Below, one piece after another: positions 22,241-34,054 of a stretch of 48,668 nt of DNA. Origin of the DNA: Chiloscyllium plagiosum (Eukaryota); the NCBI RefSeq assembly GCF_004010195.1, contig NC_057753.1:10072104-10120771 (forward strand), written 5' to 3'. The translations under genes and the position numbers were made by a program. Positions within the stretch are counted from its first letter, which is position 1. Each line of letters starts with the position of its first letter. The notes beneath the pieces were generated by a model. That model was not told the DNA's origin. It was given only the letters and a program-made list of their open reading frames with translations, and did not search any database.

Positions 22241-22346
22241 TGAAAATGAGGACTGCAGACACTGGAGATCAGAATCGAAAAGTGTCGTGCTGGAAAAACA
22301 CAGCAGGTCAGGCAGCATCCGAGGAGCAGGAGAGTCGAGCATAAGC
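22241..22346 (-). mobile_element. PLE terminal-repeat fragment in the ZF terminal-exon leader
   Basis: GCTTATGCTCGACTCTCCTGCTCCTCGGATGCTGCCTGACCTGCTG on minus; hammerhead core absent. Confidence 0.85.
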
Positions 22347-22744
22347 TGTTGATTTTGAAACTTCCGTCTTCAGGTAGTCTGTAAAAAGAGATTACAAAAG
22401 TCATCACTGTCAATCCGGGGGGAGGTGGGGTCGGAATGAGACAACAAGGTATTGACACCGACACCAGAAAGAAACTGAACATAGAGACGTGGCAAACGTT
22501 AGTGACAAGTCAGAGTCAGAGAGAGACACAGCACTGAACCAGACCCTTTGGTCCAACTCATCCACGTCAACCAGAAATCCAAAATCCATTTGCCAGCATT
22601 TGGCCCATAACCCTCTAAACCCCTCCTATTCATATACCTATCCAGATGCCTTTTAAATGTCATAATTGTTACAGCACCCACTACTTCCTCTGGCATCTTT
22701 GTACACGCACCACCTTCTGCATGAAAAACTTGCCCCTTAGGTCC

Positions 22745-25035
22745 GTTTCTAACAAGTTGCTCTCATCTAAACCCGTGACACTATGGCAATCCCAGTATAT
22801 GTTTGAAAAGTTAAAATCCCTGACAATAACCATCCTATTACTCTTACAGGTAACTGAAACCTCCTTACAAATTTGTTTCTCAATTTCCCACTGACCATGA
22901 GGGTGTCTACAACACAATCCCAATAAGGTGATCATCCCTTCCTTATTTCTCAGTTCCAACCAAATAACCTTCCTGGATGTATTCCTAGGAATATCCTCCT
23001 TAAGTCCAGCAGGAATACTATCCCTTATCAAAAACACCACTCCCCCTTCATCTCTTGCCTCCCTTTCTATCCTTTCTGAAGCATTTGTATCCTGGAACAT
23101 TAAACTGCTAGTCCTGCCCATCCCTGAGCCACGTTTCTGTAATTGCTATGATATCACATCCCATCTTGCTAATCATGCCCTGAACTCATCTGCCTTCCCT
23201 GTTAGGCTTCTTGTAATGAAGTAAATGCAGTTTAACTTGTCAGTCCTACCTTGCTCTCTGCTTTGTCCCTTCCTGACCTGACTGTTTGACTCACTCCCTT
23301 TCCCAACTGTACCAGTCTCAGATTGATCTCTTTCCTCTATTTCCCTGGGTACCTTCCCACCCACTCACCTTACTAGTTTAAATCCTCCCGAGCAGCTCTT
23401 GCAAATTTCCCTGCCAGTATATTAGCCCTCTTCCAATATTCAGGTGTAAACTATCCTTCTTGTACAGGTCACATCTACCCCAGAAGAGATTCCAATAATC
23501 CAAAAATGTGAACCCTTCTCCCATGCACCAGCTCCTCAGCCATGCATTCACCTGCTCTATCCTCTCTATTCCAACCCTCACTAGCTCGTAGAACTGGCAG
23601 TAATCCAGATTTTCCTTGACTCGAGGACCTCTTTTTTTTTAAATTCGTGCCTGACTTTCTACATTTTCCCTTCCGAATCGCATCATTTTCCCTTCCTATG
23701 TCATTGGTTCTGATGTGTACAATGACCTCCAACCGGTCCCTCTCCCTTTTGAAACATTCTGCCCCCTCTCTGAGGCATCCTTGATCCTGGCACCAGGGAG
23801 GCGACACACCATTCTGATTTTTTGCTGCTAACCACAGAAGCGTCAGTTTGTACCTCTCACTAGAGAGCCCCTTATCACAATCGATCACTTGGAACCTGAT
23901 GTACCCCTCATTGCATGAGAGCATGTCTTGAGACCAGAAACTTGGCTGTTCGTGCTACATTCCCTGAGAGACCATCACCCCCTACATTTTCAAGAACACC
24001 TTACTTGTTTGCAATGGGGACAGCCACAGAAGACTCCTGCACTACCTGTTTTTTTTTTAAATTCGTGCCTGACTTTCTACATTTTCCCTTCAGAATCGCA
24101 TCCTTTTCCCTTCCTATGTCATTGGTTCTGATGTGTACAATGACCTCCAACCGGTCCCTCTCCCTTTTGAAACATTCTGTACCCTCTCTGAGGCATCCTT
24201 GATCCTGGCACCAGGGAGGCGACACACCATTCTGATTTTTCGCTGCTAACCACAGAAGCGTCAGTTTGTACCTCTGACTAGAGAGCCCCTTATCACAATC
24301 GATCACTTGGAACCTGATGTACCCCTCATTGCATGAGAGCATGTCTTGAGACCAGAAACTTGGCTGTTCGTGCTACATTCCCTGAGAGACCATCACCCCC
24401 TACATTTTCAAGAACACCTTACTTGTTTGCAATGGGGACAGCCACAGAAGACTCCTGCACTACCTGCCTACCCCTCCTAACCCATCTCCCTGACTGTAGC
24501 TGCGGCTTTTCTCCTTTCCTATAACTGCCAAACCATCGTACCCCCAGGTCTTGTAAATTCCTCATTACCTCGAACTGTCGCTGCAACTTATCCACGCAAT
24601 TCAATCGGATTTTCAACCAAACACACGTACTGCAGACATAATCACCAGTAACATGGATATTCTCCCTAATCTCCCACATCTGACAGGAAGAGCATATCAC
24701 TCTCCTAAAGGCCACCTTTGCTCCTTCACAATGTACAGACCCAGAAAATAGCACCGTCTTTTTGCTCTAAAAAAGTGCTCCAGACTAGCACAGTCGTCAT
24801 GGTTTATATTTTTAAAATTTAATCAAGGAAGAATCCACTCCATTCGCGACTGTAGAATTACAGCAAGGTTACACGTTAAAGACTATACACTTGTCTGTTC
24901 CTGTTCTGTGAGCTTCCCCACACAGGTTCCTCCACGGTCATCTGTGAATTTTTTTGTGCATTAACTTTTCCTAGATGCACTTCAATGTCCAGTAACTGTG
25001 CAGATTCACTGCTGTGTCAGGTGGCAGTGTAGGTT
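22745..25035 (-). mobile_element. CR1 LINE 5' half: 5' UTR, ORF1 (zinc finger plus SGNH esterase), ORF2 endonuclease start; disrupted
   Basis: CSSCQMWE..YVCSTC; VIVHIRTNDIG; LYKKDSLHLN; NCIYFITRSL, GGVVFLIRD, IVRDFNF. Confidence 0.85.
23631..24466. repeat. Near-perfect 418-bp tandem duplication inside CR1 ORF1
   Basis: AAATTCGTGCCTGAC at 23641 and 24059; ORFs 23475..23924 and 24001..24342 nearly identical. Confidence 0.9.
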
Positions 25036-25039
25036 TCTT

Positions 25040-25600
25040 TTTCTCTCTACCTTGTTTTTGGACTCCCCTACCCTGGGGAAAAAATCTTGGCTGTTCATCC
25101 TATCCATGCCTCTTATAAACTTCTATAAGGTCATCTCTCAGCCTCCGACACTCCAGGGAAAACAGCCCCAGTCTTTTTAGCCTCTCTCTATAACTCAAAC
25201 CCTCCAAATCTGGCAACAGCCTTGTAAATCATTTCCAAACTCTTTTAAAGTTTCACAACATCTTTCCTATCGTAGGAGACCAGAACTGAATGCAGTATTC
25301 CAAAAGTGGCCTAACTAATGTCATGTACAGCCATAACATGACTCCCAACTCAATGCTCTGATCAATAAAGGCAAGTGCCACCAAACACCTTCTTCACGAC
25401 CGTGTCTACCTGTGACTCCACTTTCACAGAACTACAAATCTGCACTCCATGGTCTCTTGATACAGGAACACTCCCCACAGCCTTACTATTAAGTGTGTAA
25501 ATCCTGCCCTGATGTGCCTTTCCAAAATGCAACACCTCACATTTATCTAAATGAAACTTCATCTGCCACTCCTCGGCCCATCAGCCCATCCAATCAATTC
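25040..25600 (-). mobile_element. CR1 ORF2 fragment
   Basis: MKFHLDKCEVLHFGK..VESQVDTVVKK. Confidence 0.8.
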
Positions 25601-25749
25601 TAATTTAGATTGAACTTTCTTTCCTCTCTTATTTCCTAAACACTGAAAATCTCCATCCCCACATCCTCCCTCCATTCTCACTTTGCTGAACCTAATCTGT
25701 GCTGTACCTCATCCTGAAGGGTCTGGTTTACGCTAATTTACAGCCCACG

Positions 25750-27250
25750 CTTGGGGGATCTAATTGAAACATACAGAATAGTGATTGGCCTGGACAGGGT
25801 GGATGTTGGGAAGATGTTTCCATTGGTAGGAGAGACTAGGCCCCAAGGGCACAGCCTTAGAGTAAAGGGAAGATCTTTTGGAACACAGATAAAGGGGAAA
25901 CCTTTGTAGACAGAGAGTGCGAAACCTATGGAATTCATTGCCACAGAGGTTGTGTTGGGCAAGTCACTGAGTATATTCAAGACAGAGATAAATAGGTTCT
26001 TGTATATCAAGGATATTGAAGGTTGCAGGGAGGAAGCAAGAGAATGGGGTTGAAAAACTTGTCAGCCATGATTGAATGGTGGAGCAGACCTGATGGGCTG
26101 CATGGCCTAATTTCTGCTCCTAGGTCTTATGGTCTCTTGCTGTCCTGGAAATAGTGAGAGAGAACTGGGAGCAGGAGTAGGCCATTTGGTCTTTCAAGTC
26201 TGCACCAACATTGAACAGATCTGCACCAACGTTGAACTGGATATGAATACACCTACATCTCGGTGGATAGGCTGGGACCTTTTTCACTGGAGCATAGGAG
26301 GCTGAGAGGTGATCTTATCAAGCTTTATAAAATCATGAGGGGTATAGATGAGGTGAATGATGGGTGTTCTTTCCTTACAGTGGGGGTTTCAAGTTTAGGG
26401 AGCAAATTTTGAAGGTGAGTGGAGAAAGATTTTAAAAAGACCGGAGGGACACCTTTGTTCTCCCATAGAGAATGGTTTGTATGTGGAATGAATTTCCAGA
26501 GGAAGCGGGGGATGCAGGTACACTTACAACGTTTAAAAGACATTTGGATAAGGACATGAATGGGAAAGGTTTGGAGGTGTTATGCAGCGCAGACCGTAAA
26601 TTTGCTATTTGTTTCAGTAAGTGCACCGTGAAAATTACCCAAAGTTAGCTAGGTTGACTACCAGGATTCAAAACAGACAAATGTATTCACAAGAATACAG
26701 AATGAAACACGAAGAACAGAATATAAAATACCCACAGAACTCAGTCTATCTAGACTTAATTATGCTATTCCAAATGTACACAACAGTCCCAATAAACAAA
26801 CCCCTTAAACATACAGTAAAACTGAAACAGAAGCTGACAGGTCAAAGTTAGAAGGGCAGAAGGAGAGAGAGTTTAACAGTCTTTCTCCACATAGTCCACT
26901 GCTGAACTTACTCAAACAAGGCCTCAGCTTTCACGACAGACCACTCATCTTTCGTTATGCAGGTCACTTCGAAAACATAAAAGCTTGGGCCTAAAGTCTC
27001 ATCTGTTGACATATAAACAAAAAAGTCAACCAATACCCTTTTCATCTTTGTATTAAACCAGCCGTTTTGGAGCTCAGGGCTGTTTTGCCACCACTCTGAA
27101 AAAAACCAAGGACACGGTATCCTTGAGAAGGACCAGCTTTGTGACAGAGGGATATGGGCCAAACACCAGCAGATGGGATTAGTTTAGTATGCAAACATAG
27201 CATGGACTAGTTGGTCTGAAGGGTCTATTTCTGTGCTGTATGATTCTGTA
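25750..27250 (+). mobile_element. Two CR1 3' ends, the second split by a solo LTR
   Basis: GDLIETYRI.. and GDLIKLYKIMRGID.. followed by CR1 3' UTRs; GGTTTGGAGG resumes as GAGGGATATGGGCC after the LTR. Confidence 0.75.
26578..27146. mobile_element. Solo LTR (569 bp) with 4-bp TSD
   Basis: Termini TGTTATG...TGTGACA; GAGG at 26574-26577 and 27147-27150; cleanly interrupts a CR1. Confidence 0.85.
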
Positions 27251-27499
27251 ATGGTCTCAAAACCATTTTTTTGCCTTCTCCTATTACCATCCACTTCTTT
27301 GTTATTCAAAAGTCAGATGACCTCAGCCTTGAATATATTCAATGACCCCCCCGCCCATTGCAGGAAGTCATCCCGATTTTTGAACTCAATTCCTCTTGCT
27401 AATATACCACTTGCCTTGCTGGTTGCTTGCTGCACCTGTGTGACAACTGGCAGTGACTGGCGTAGAAGGTCACTGAGGTCCCTTTGTACATCCACAAAT

Positions 27500-27600
27500 C
27501 ATTCCTGATGAAGGGCTCATGCTCCTTGGATGCTGCCTGACCTGCTGTGCTTTTCAAGCACCACACTGATCTCCAGCATCTGCAGTCCTCACTTTCTCCA
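27500..27600 (+). mobile_element. PLE terminal-repeat fragment; GAAAC half of hammerhead deleted
   Basis: ATTCCTGATGAAGGGCTCATGCTCCTTGGATGCTGCCTGACCTGCTG. Confidence 0.8.
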
Positions 27601-27848
27601 CATACCAATATATTATCATTTAAACCATGCACCTCCTTTCTGCCTTTTTTTTTTAAAGCAAAAGGCTTTAACTTTACATTGTGTTACTGCATTTGCTCTG
27701 CGTTTGCCAATTGAGACGCAGACCTGGACCAACTTTTCCAGAGTCTGTCCCCTCCCTGGATTCACTCCCTTTCCCTTCAGTTCGTGCAAGTCAGCAACTG
27801 AATCCCAGGATGAAAAAAAAAATTAAAAAGTGAGAGTGCCGTACCCAC

Positions 27849-27945
27849 AGATGTTGGGCAGAGTTGCAGTCTGGGGTGAAGCTCAATCTTCATTCAAACA
27901 GAGAGAGGAACAACAGCAGCTTCAGAAACTCACGGCCCAACTTCC
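27849..27945 (-). other. Putative non-coding first exon of the minus-strand ZF gene
   Basis: Adjacent to the promoter block; donor CT|GTGGGT at 27843-27848; paralog at 14275-14387 has GTGAGC at the same position. Confidence 0.55.
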
Positions 27946-27959
27946 ACATTCAGACAAAG

Positions 27960-28135
27960 AGGCGGCTCTGATTGGCAGGAGGACCAGGCTCCTTCCGGTC
28001 CTCCGGGTCTCACCATTGGTCCTTCAGATGAAAATCATGCGCCGTTTCAGTGGACAGCGTCGAGCATGCTCAGTGCTTCTGATGACACCGCCGCACATGC
28101 GCAGTGCTAGCTGACACCGAGAAGCATGCGCAATA
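27960..28135. promoter_or_regulatory. CpG-rich promoter (CCAAT, ETS, NRF1-like motifs)
   Basis: ATTGG 27971, CTTCCGG 27992, GCACATGCGCA 28093, GCATGCGCA 28124. Confidence 0.6.
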
Positions 28136-28269
28136 AGATCTGTGGAGATGCTGGCATTACTGACAGATTTTAAGCGTCCAAATGTCAATCGGAGTAAAAA
28201 AAGCTGCAGCCACAATTTTATTTTTCCTTGTGGCCCGATATTTTATTCCTTTTGAATTTTGTCCGGCTT

Positions 28270-28600
28270 TGTATGTCTTTTCCCCAGAGTAGAGGAAGTC
28301 CAAGACTAGACGGCATAGGTTTAGGGTGAGAGGGGAAAGATTTAAAACGGACCTAAGGGGTAACTTTCATGTAGAGTGTGGTGTGTGTATGGAATGAGCT
28401 GCCCAGAGGAAGTGTTGGAGACTGGTACAATTACAACATTTGAAAGGCATCAAGATGGGTATCTGAATAGAAAGGTGTGAGAGAGATATGGGCGAAATGT
28501 TGTCAAATGGGTCACTAGATTAATTTAGGATATCTGGAGGGCATAGGCGAGTTAGACTGAAGGATCTGTTTCTGTGCTGTTTCTATGCGTCTATTTCAAT
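28270..28600 (+). mobile_element. CR1 3' end
   Basis: SKTRRHRFRVRG region plus CR1 3' UTR. Confidence 0.75.
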
Positions 28601-28657
28601 GCAAGTTTCGGAAACATGACTGCAGCTTTTTAAAAAATAAATTAATATGCTTTTAGA

Positions 28658-28940
28658 CACGGTGGCACAGTGGTTAGCACTGCTTCCTCACAGTGCCAGA
28701 GACCTGGGTTCAATTCCCGCCTCAGGCGACTGACTCTGTGGAGTTTGCACATTCTCCCCATGTCTGCGTGGGTTTCCTCCCACAGTCCAAATATGTGCAG
28801 TTAGGTGAATTGGCCGTGTTAAATTGTCCATAGTGTTAGGTGAAGAGGTAAATGTAGGGGAATGGGTCTGGGTGGGTTGCGCTTCGGTGGATCGGTGTTT
28901 ACTTGTTCGGCCAAAGGGCCTGTTTCCACACTGTAAAAAA
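28658..28940 (+). mobile_element. HE1-like SINE
   Basis: CACGGTGGCACAGTGGTTAGCACTG head, GGTTCAATTCCC B box, core and tail. Confidence 0.85.
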
Positions 28941-29245
28941 AAATCATTTTAGCTGTTCTCAATTTTAAAGATCAGCCATTTCTTGTGCACCCCTGTCTCC
29001 CAAGCAAAGTCATCACCATCCATTCTCTCTCTTTCCTGATAAGAGCTGATACAGCAATCAAAGAGGGCTCGAGGCACAAGAAACGATGGGAAAATGGTAG
29101 AAGGGAGAGAGAACGGATGGGGAGAAATGGGGGGGGGGGGAAGAGAGAGAGGAAGGCTGAGCACAGAGAATTGGTGGGTGCAGAGTGTGAGGAGAGAGAG
29201 TGGCTGGGGGTGCAAAGGGTTGTGGGACTGACAGGAAAATCGCAC

Positions 29246-30167
29246 CTTCTACAGGACTGGTGTCAGTGTCTCATGAACTGGAACCCACTCCATCCACAGC
29301 AGACCTAAGGCAATCGTTTCTCAATAGATGCTTGGCTAAGGCAGTAGAATTATATAACCCCGACAGGCCATTTGGCCCATTAAATTCAGACTGACCTTCC
29401 AAACAGTATCCCATCCAGACCCACCCACTTTTCCTGCTGTTCCCCATGGTTAACCGACCCTCAGTTATATATGCGTGTACACTTCAGCATGGCCGATCCA
29501 CCCTGAACTGCAGATATTTAGACTGTAGGAAGAAACTGGAGCACCCAGAGTTAACTCACGGAGACAGAAGGGTGAGAACATGGCAAAGTCCACACAGACT
29601 CAAGAGTGGGACCGAATCCAGGTCCCTGGCATTGTGAGGCAGTGGCATGAACCACTGAGCCGCCCAGAGCTTTGTCCTAGTAGTTTCTAACTTCTCATGT
29701 GCTCTCAGCAGAGGGTCTCTCCTCCTGACATTGTTGGACCACACCCACTGCAACCTCCCTTTCCCACGTCTCCAGCCCTGAGCACATCGGTTCCTGAATC
29801 CTGGCACCAGACAGACACCGATGCCATCTGTGCTCCTGCTGCCAACTGTAGAAAACAGAGACCATCCCTGTCACTGTTCTGTCCCTTACCACCACCTCCC
29901 CCTCCCCAATGTTGTTTTTACTCCCACCCCCCTGAAACCCTCTCTCAGATCCCTTTTACCTGCCAGACCTGCACTTACACCCTCCTGATCCTGTCCACCG
30001 ACGCAAACAAAAGGCTCTCTCCAGAGGGGAATGACCGTCTCCCAGCATATAGCATCCGGTTAATTTTCCCGCTTTACCCTCAACGTGGCTTCCAGCTCCA
30101 TCTCTCTGAACGAAGGTCCTCCAGGATGTGTTTGCCCTGAATCACAGCATCCAGAGCCTCCCACCAT
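29246..30167 (-). pseudogene. Exon remnants of an unidentified multi-exon gene (29979-30167; from 29845; 29246-29304)
   Basis: AG/GT-bounded blocks: WWEALDAVIQGKHILEDL.. ending at GTAAGT; GLLWMEWVPVHETLTPVL*K ending at AAG|GTGCGA; stops and frameshifts. Confidence 0.4.
29340..29665 (-). mobile_element. Old HE1-like SINE
   Basis: GGGCGGCTCAGTGGTTCATGCCACTGCCTCACA head on minus; diverged core. Confidence 0.7.
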
Positions 30168-30239
30168 CTGCAAATTGAAAGACAAGCCCCACCCTGCCCT
30201 CTCCAATGTGTGTTGTATAAACTGATTAATCATTTCTTG

Positions 30240-30610
30240 TGGCCAAGCAGAGCCTGATAGCCAAGTTTGGAACCCTTGAGGATGGCCTCAACATGGACCT
30301 TGGGTTCATGTCACACTACAAGTGGCCCCACTTACACAGGCTTGTACTCCATTACTCACACACTTTACCAAACATGCTCATATGCAAACACACATGCTCT
30401 TACGTGCATATACACACACTCTCATGCATGCATACACATCAGTCTATGGGGTGAAATTGCAATTGTAGAATTTTATTTGCAGATACATTCTATTTTGCTC
30501 AAAAAGCGCGCAATTTTCAGGCAGTCAATCCATGTGACATGTTATAAATCCCTACTTTGGAAACAGAACCAATCTGACTCAAGATTGGGTTACAGACAGA
30601 CTCGAACATG
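30240..30610 (+). mobile_element. PLE GIY-YIG C-terminus and 3' UTR with (CA)n-like tract
   Basis: KQSLIAKFGTLEDGLNMDLGFMSHY. Confidence 0.7.
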
Positions 30611-30611
30611 A

Positions 30612-30790
30612 GTGAATCAGATGGTTTTCTTTCCCCAGAAAATGATTTCATCATTAGATTCTGAACTCCAGATTTCTGACTGAATTCCAATTCCGCCATC
30701 TGCTGTGGCAGGATTCAAACCCAGGTGTCCCGAGGAGTCCCCAGAATTGGGTTGATAGTCCAGTCGATAATGGCACTCGGCCCTTGTTCC
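30612..30790 (-). mobile_element. tRNA-derived SINE head (DeuSINE-like)
   Basis: GGGTTTGAATCCTGCCACAGCAGATGGCGGAATTGGAATTCA on minus. Confidence 0.5.
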
Positions 30791-30814
30791 TTCAATCCCC
30801 CTGTGATGACACAT

Positions 30815-30990
30815 GAATACACTGGTGCCACTGCAGGTGGGAGGAGGGGGTGAAGCCCTTCCTGCACTGAGAGCAGGCTGTGCCTGGTGTGGACCTGCTG
30901 GTGCATCTGTAGGCTGGAAGAATTGATGAATCCCTTCCTGCGCTCTGAACAGGTGATTGGCCGCTTCCTGTTGTGGATTTGCTGGTAAAC
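30815..30990 (-). pseudogene. C2H2 zinc-finger fragment
   Basis: QQIHNRKRPITCSERRKGFINSSSLQMHQQVHT. Confidence 0.75.
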
Positions 30991-31483
30991 TTCTAAAATT
31001 TCAAAACATATAATCAAGAAAGAAGCCACTCTATTCCCTACTGCAGACTTACGACAAGGTTACACGTTAAAAACTATGCACTAATCTGTTCCTGTGCTGT
31101 GAACTCTCCTACACATGTTCCTCCAAGATCAGCTGTGAATTTTGCTGTTTATTAATTTTTCCAAGATGTCCAGAGATACATGATTTCAAACAGCAAAGGT
31201 AGTAACTATGCAGATTCACTGCTGTGTTAGTTGGTAGTGTAGGTTTCTTTCTCTCTCTCTCTTCCTTACAGACCATGTGCTTGCTGCCTTAGGCTGTCTT
31301 CCTCCCTTTTAAAAGTGCTGTTGTCTCGATTTATTTACTCCAAAGTTCCAAAACAATACAACATTATATAAAACAATAATTGCTGCTCCTGGAATTCAAG
31401 GAAATTGCCTCCAACACTGAAAATTCCCCAAAAAAGGAGCAGCTCTTACAGACACAAATTTTCCCATCCTCCATCTTGGATTA
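30990..31483 (-). mobile_element. CR1 5' UTR fragment
   Basis: 31000-31250 is homologous to 24810-25035 (upstream of CR1 ORF1); begins AATCCAAGATGGAGG on minus. Confidence 0.7.
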
Positions 31484-31780
31484 GTTCTTGGTGAACATTC
31501 CCATCTCCCAGGTTACAGTTATTGAAATAATCTGCTTTTCTATTTTTGCTACCAAAGTGGATCACCTCACGTTGATCCACACTAAACTGCACCTGCCATA
31601 CATTTGCCCACTCACTCAGCCTGTCCAAATAACATTGCATCCTCCTCACAACTCACCCTTTCACCCAGCTTTGTTTTGTCTGCAATTTGTGACATATTCC
31701 AATTAGTTCTCTCATCTAAATCATTGACACATACTGTGAATACCTGGGGTCCTAGTCCCAATCCCTGCAGTTCCCCAATT
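31484..31780 (-). mobile_element. CR1 RT fragment
   Basis: LDRLSEWANVWQVQFSVDQREVIHFG. Confidence 0.75.
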
Positions 31781-32529
31781 ATGAATCATTATAAAACATC
31801 GATCTGACTGATCCTCCCTGACTGATGACAAAATAGCAGATGTTAGCCTGATATTCATAACTGACAGAGATCTGATAAGCAATTATGAACCACTGAATTA
31901 CTAAAGCACAGAAGCAGGCCATTCAGCCCATTGTGTCCATCAGTTCTCTCAATGAGCTATCTGACCTTGTGTCATTTTCCTGACATTTCCTTGGAAACTT
32001 GTACATAACTTGTCATCAAATGATTGTCCAATGCCATTAATTGAACCTGCTTCAACCACTGCTCCATACAAAGTCTTTCTGATCTATCAACTCACTTTAT
32101 GAAATTTCTTTCTCACATCACATTTTCTTTCTTGCAATGTATTTGAAATCTGCATTCTTATTCTCAATGCTTTTACCATGGTGAACAGGTTTTCACTGTC
32201 TTTTCTGGGTATGATTTTCCTCATGATTTTCAAATCTTCTTTGAAATCCGGCTTCAGAGAGCAGTCCATGAGGCCAAGCCGATCAACAGCACAGAAACAA
32301 GCGAGCATCTAAAGGGAGAGCCCCTCAGTCACCAGTCATCACTTTGGTCCCCACAGCAACCTGGGCGGCCATGCATTCAAAACCCGCTCTCTCAACATCA
32401 CCAGTACTGGCCCACAGTTTGGAAAACTGTTTTTCTCGCTACGACTACAAGAATGGAACTTTTTTTAAAGCGGATGTTGCAGGGAAATTTACTCCTTTGT
32501 GTCCAGTAGGAAGTCGATGATGTATTTGG

Positions 32530-32665
32530 GTTTGAATGACTCGGTGAATCCCTTCCCACATGTGGAGCAAGTGGATCACCGCTCCCTGGTGTGCATGAAG
32601 GCATTACATTCCAGGTCAAACAGGGAATTGGATCTCTTCCTACAGCCCATGCATACTTCTGGTAA
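32530..32665 (-). pseudogene. Highly decayed C2H2 zinc-finger fragment
   Basis: CMGCRKRSNSLFDLE..MHTRER*STCSTCGKGFTES. Confidence 0.6.
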
Positions 32666-32836
32666 CTCCCCAGGGGGACTGTGCTTTTGAGGCACAGGTC
32701 ATATTATTGGCTGATTTAGAATGTTTAGAATATTACAGTACATAAGGAGGCCTTTCAGACTATCATGTCGATAATTGTTCCTGAAACATCCACCCATTCT
32801 GTACCGCTATCTCCATCATCTTGTAACTGTTCAGTG

Positions 32837-32909
32837 TCCTTGGTAGTATAGTGGTTAGTATCCACATCTGTGACTTGAGAGACTGGGGGTGCAATTCCCC
32901 ATCAGGGAG
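32837..32909 (+). tRNA. tRNA-Asp-derived pseudogene (anticodon now GTG)
   Basis: TCCTTGGTAGTATAGTGGTTAGTATCCACATCTGTGACTTGAGAGACTGGGGGTGCAATTCCCCATCAGGGAG aligns to vertebrate Asp-GTC; stems and B box broken; T5 downstream. Confidence 0.85.
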
Positions 32910-32979
32910 GATTTGATATTTTTATGGATGTCTTGTAGCACAAGAGAAATTCTGGATTTTCTGGGTAACTCTGGATAAT

Positions 32980-33175
32980 TCTCCCCGTGTCTGCGTGGGT
33001 TTCCTCCGGGTGCTCCGGTTTCCTCCCACAGTCCAAAGATNNNNNNNNNNNNNNNNNNNNNNNNNNNNNNNNNNNNNNNNNNNNNNNNNNNNNNNNNNNN
33101 NNNNNNNNNNNNNNNNCGGTGTGGACTTGTTGGGCCGAAGGGCCTGTTTCCACACTGTAAGTAATCTAATCTAAT
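32980..33175 (+). mobile_element. 5'-truncated HE1-like SINE spanning a gap
   Basis: Core TCTCCCCGTGTCTGCGTGGGTTTCC and (TAATC)n tail. Confidence 0.8.
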
Positions 33176-33324
33176 TCTGGATCGGATACAAGTCATGCCT
33201 GCTCCAGAGTTTAAAAGTTCACAGAGAGCAGCAGAATTAGGTCATTCAGCCCATCAAGTCTGCTCCGCCATTTAATCAAGTCTGCTGATCACCCCCACTT
33301 TCCTGCCTTCTCCCCATAACCTTT

Positions 33325-33795
33325 GAAACGGTTCAGAAAAGATTTATACGGACGTTTCCAGGGTTGGAGGATTTGGGAGAGACTTAATGGGCCAGGACTG
33401 TTTTCCCTGGAGCTTTGGAGGGTGAGGGGTGACCTTATGGAGGTTTATAAAACAATGAGGAGCATGGATAGGATAAACAGATAATGTCTTTTCCCTGGGG
33501 TGGGGGAGTCCAGAACTAGACGGCATAGGTTTAGTTTGAGAGGGGAAAGATATCAAAGGGATCTAAGGGGCAATGTTTTCACACAGATGGTGTGCTTGTA
33601 TGGAATAAGCTGCCAGAGGAAGTGGTGGAGGCTGGTACAATTACAGCATTTAAAGGGCATCTGGATGGGTAGGTTTCAGAGGATATGGACCAAGTGCTGG
33701 CAAATGGGACTAAATTAGGTTAGGATATCTGTCGGCATGGACAAGTTGGACTGAAGGGTCTGATTCCGTGCTGCACATCTCTATGACTCTATAAC
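33325..33795 (+). mobile_element. CR1 3' end
   Basis: GESRTRRHRFSLRGERYQRDLRGNVFTQ plus 3' UTR. Confidence 0.8.
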
Positions 33796-34054
33796 AAATA
33801 GTAAACAAACTGGTCTGCAATTTCCCACATATTGCCTCCCTCCCATTTTGAATATATTAGCAATTTTCCAATCAAATGAAATCATAAGATGATAAGACAT
33901 AGGAGCAGAAATTAGGCCATTCAGCCCATTGAGTCTGCTCCACCATTCAATCATGACTGATAAGCTTCTCCAACTTTCTCCCCGTAACCTTTGATCCCGT
34001 TGACAATCAAGAACATATCTATCTCAGTCTTAAATAAACTTAATGAAGCTTTTC

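Noticed and set aside
29246..29304. PIKK kinase assignment for MEWVPVHETL
   Set aside because: Resemblance covers only a few residues and neighbouring blocks show no kinase motifs
32837..32909. tRNA-His call from the GTG anticodon
   Set aside because: The body is tRNA-Asp with broken stems; the anticodon change is decay
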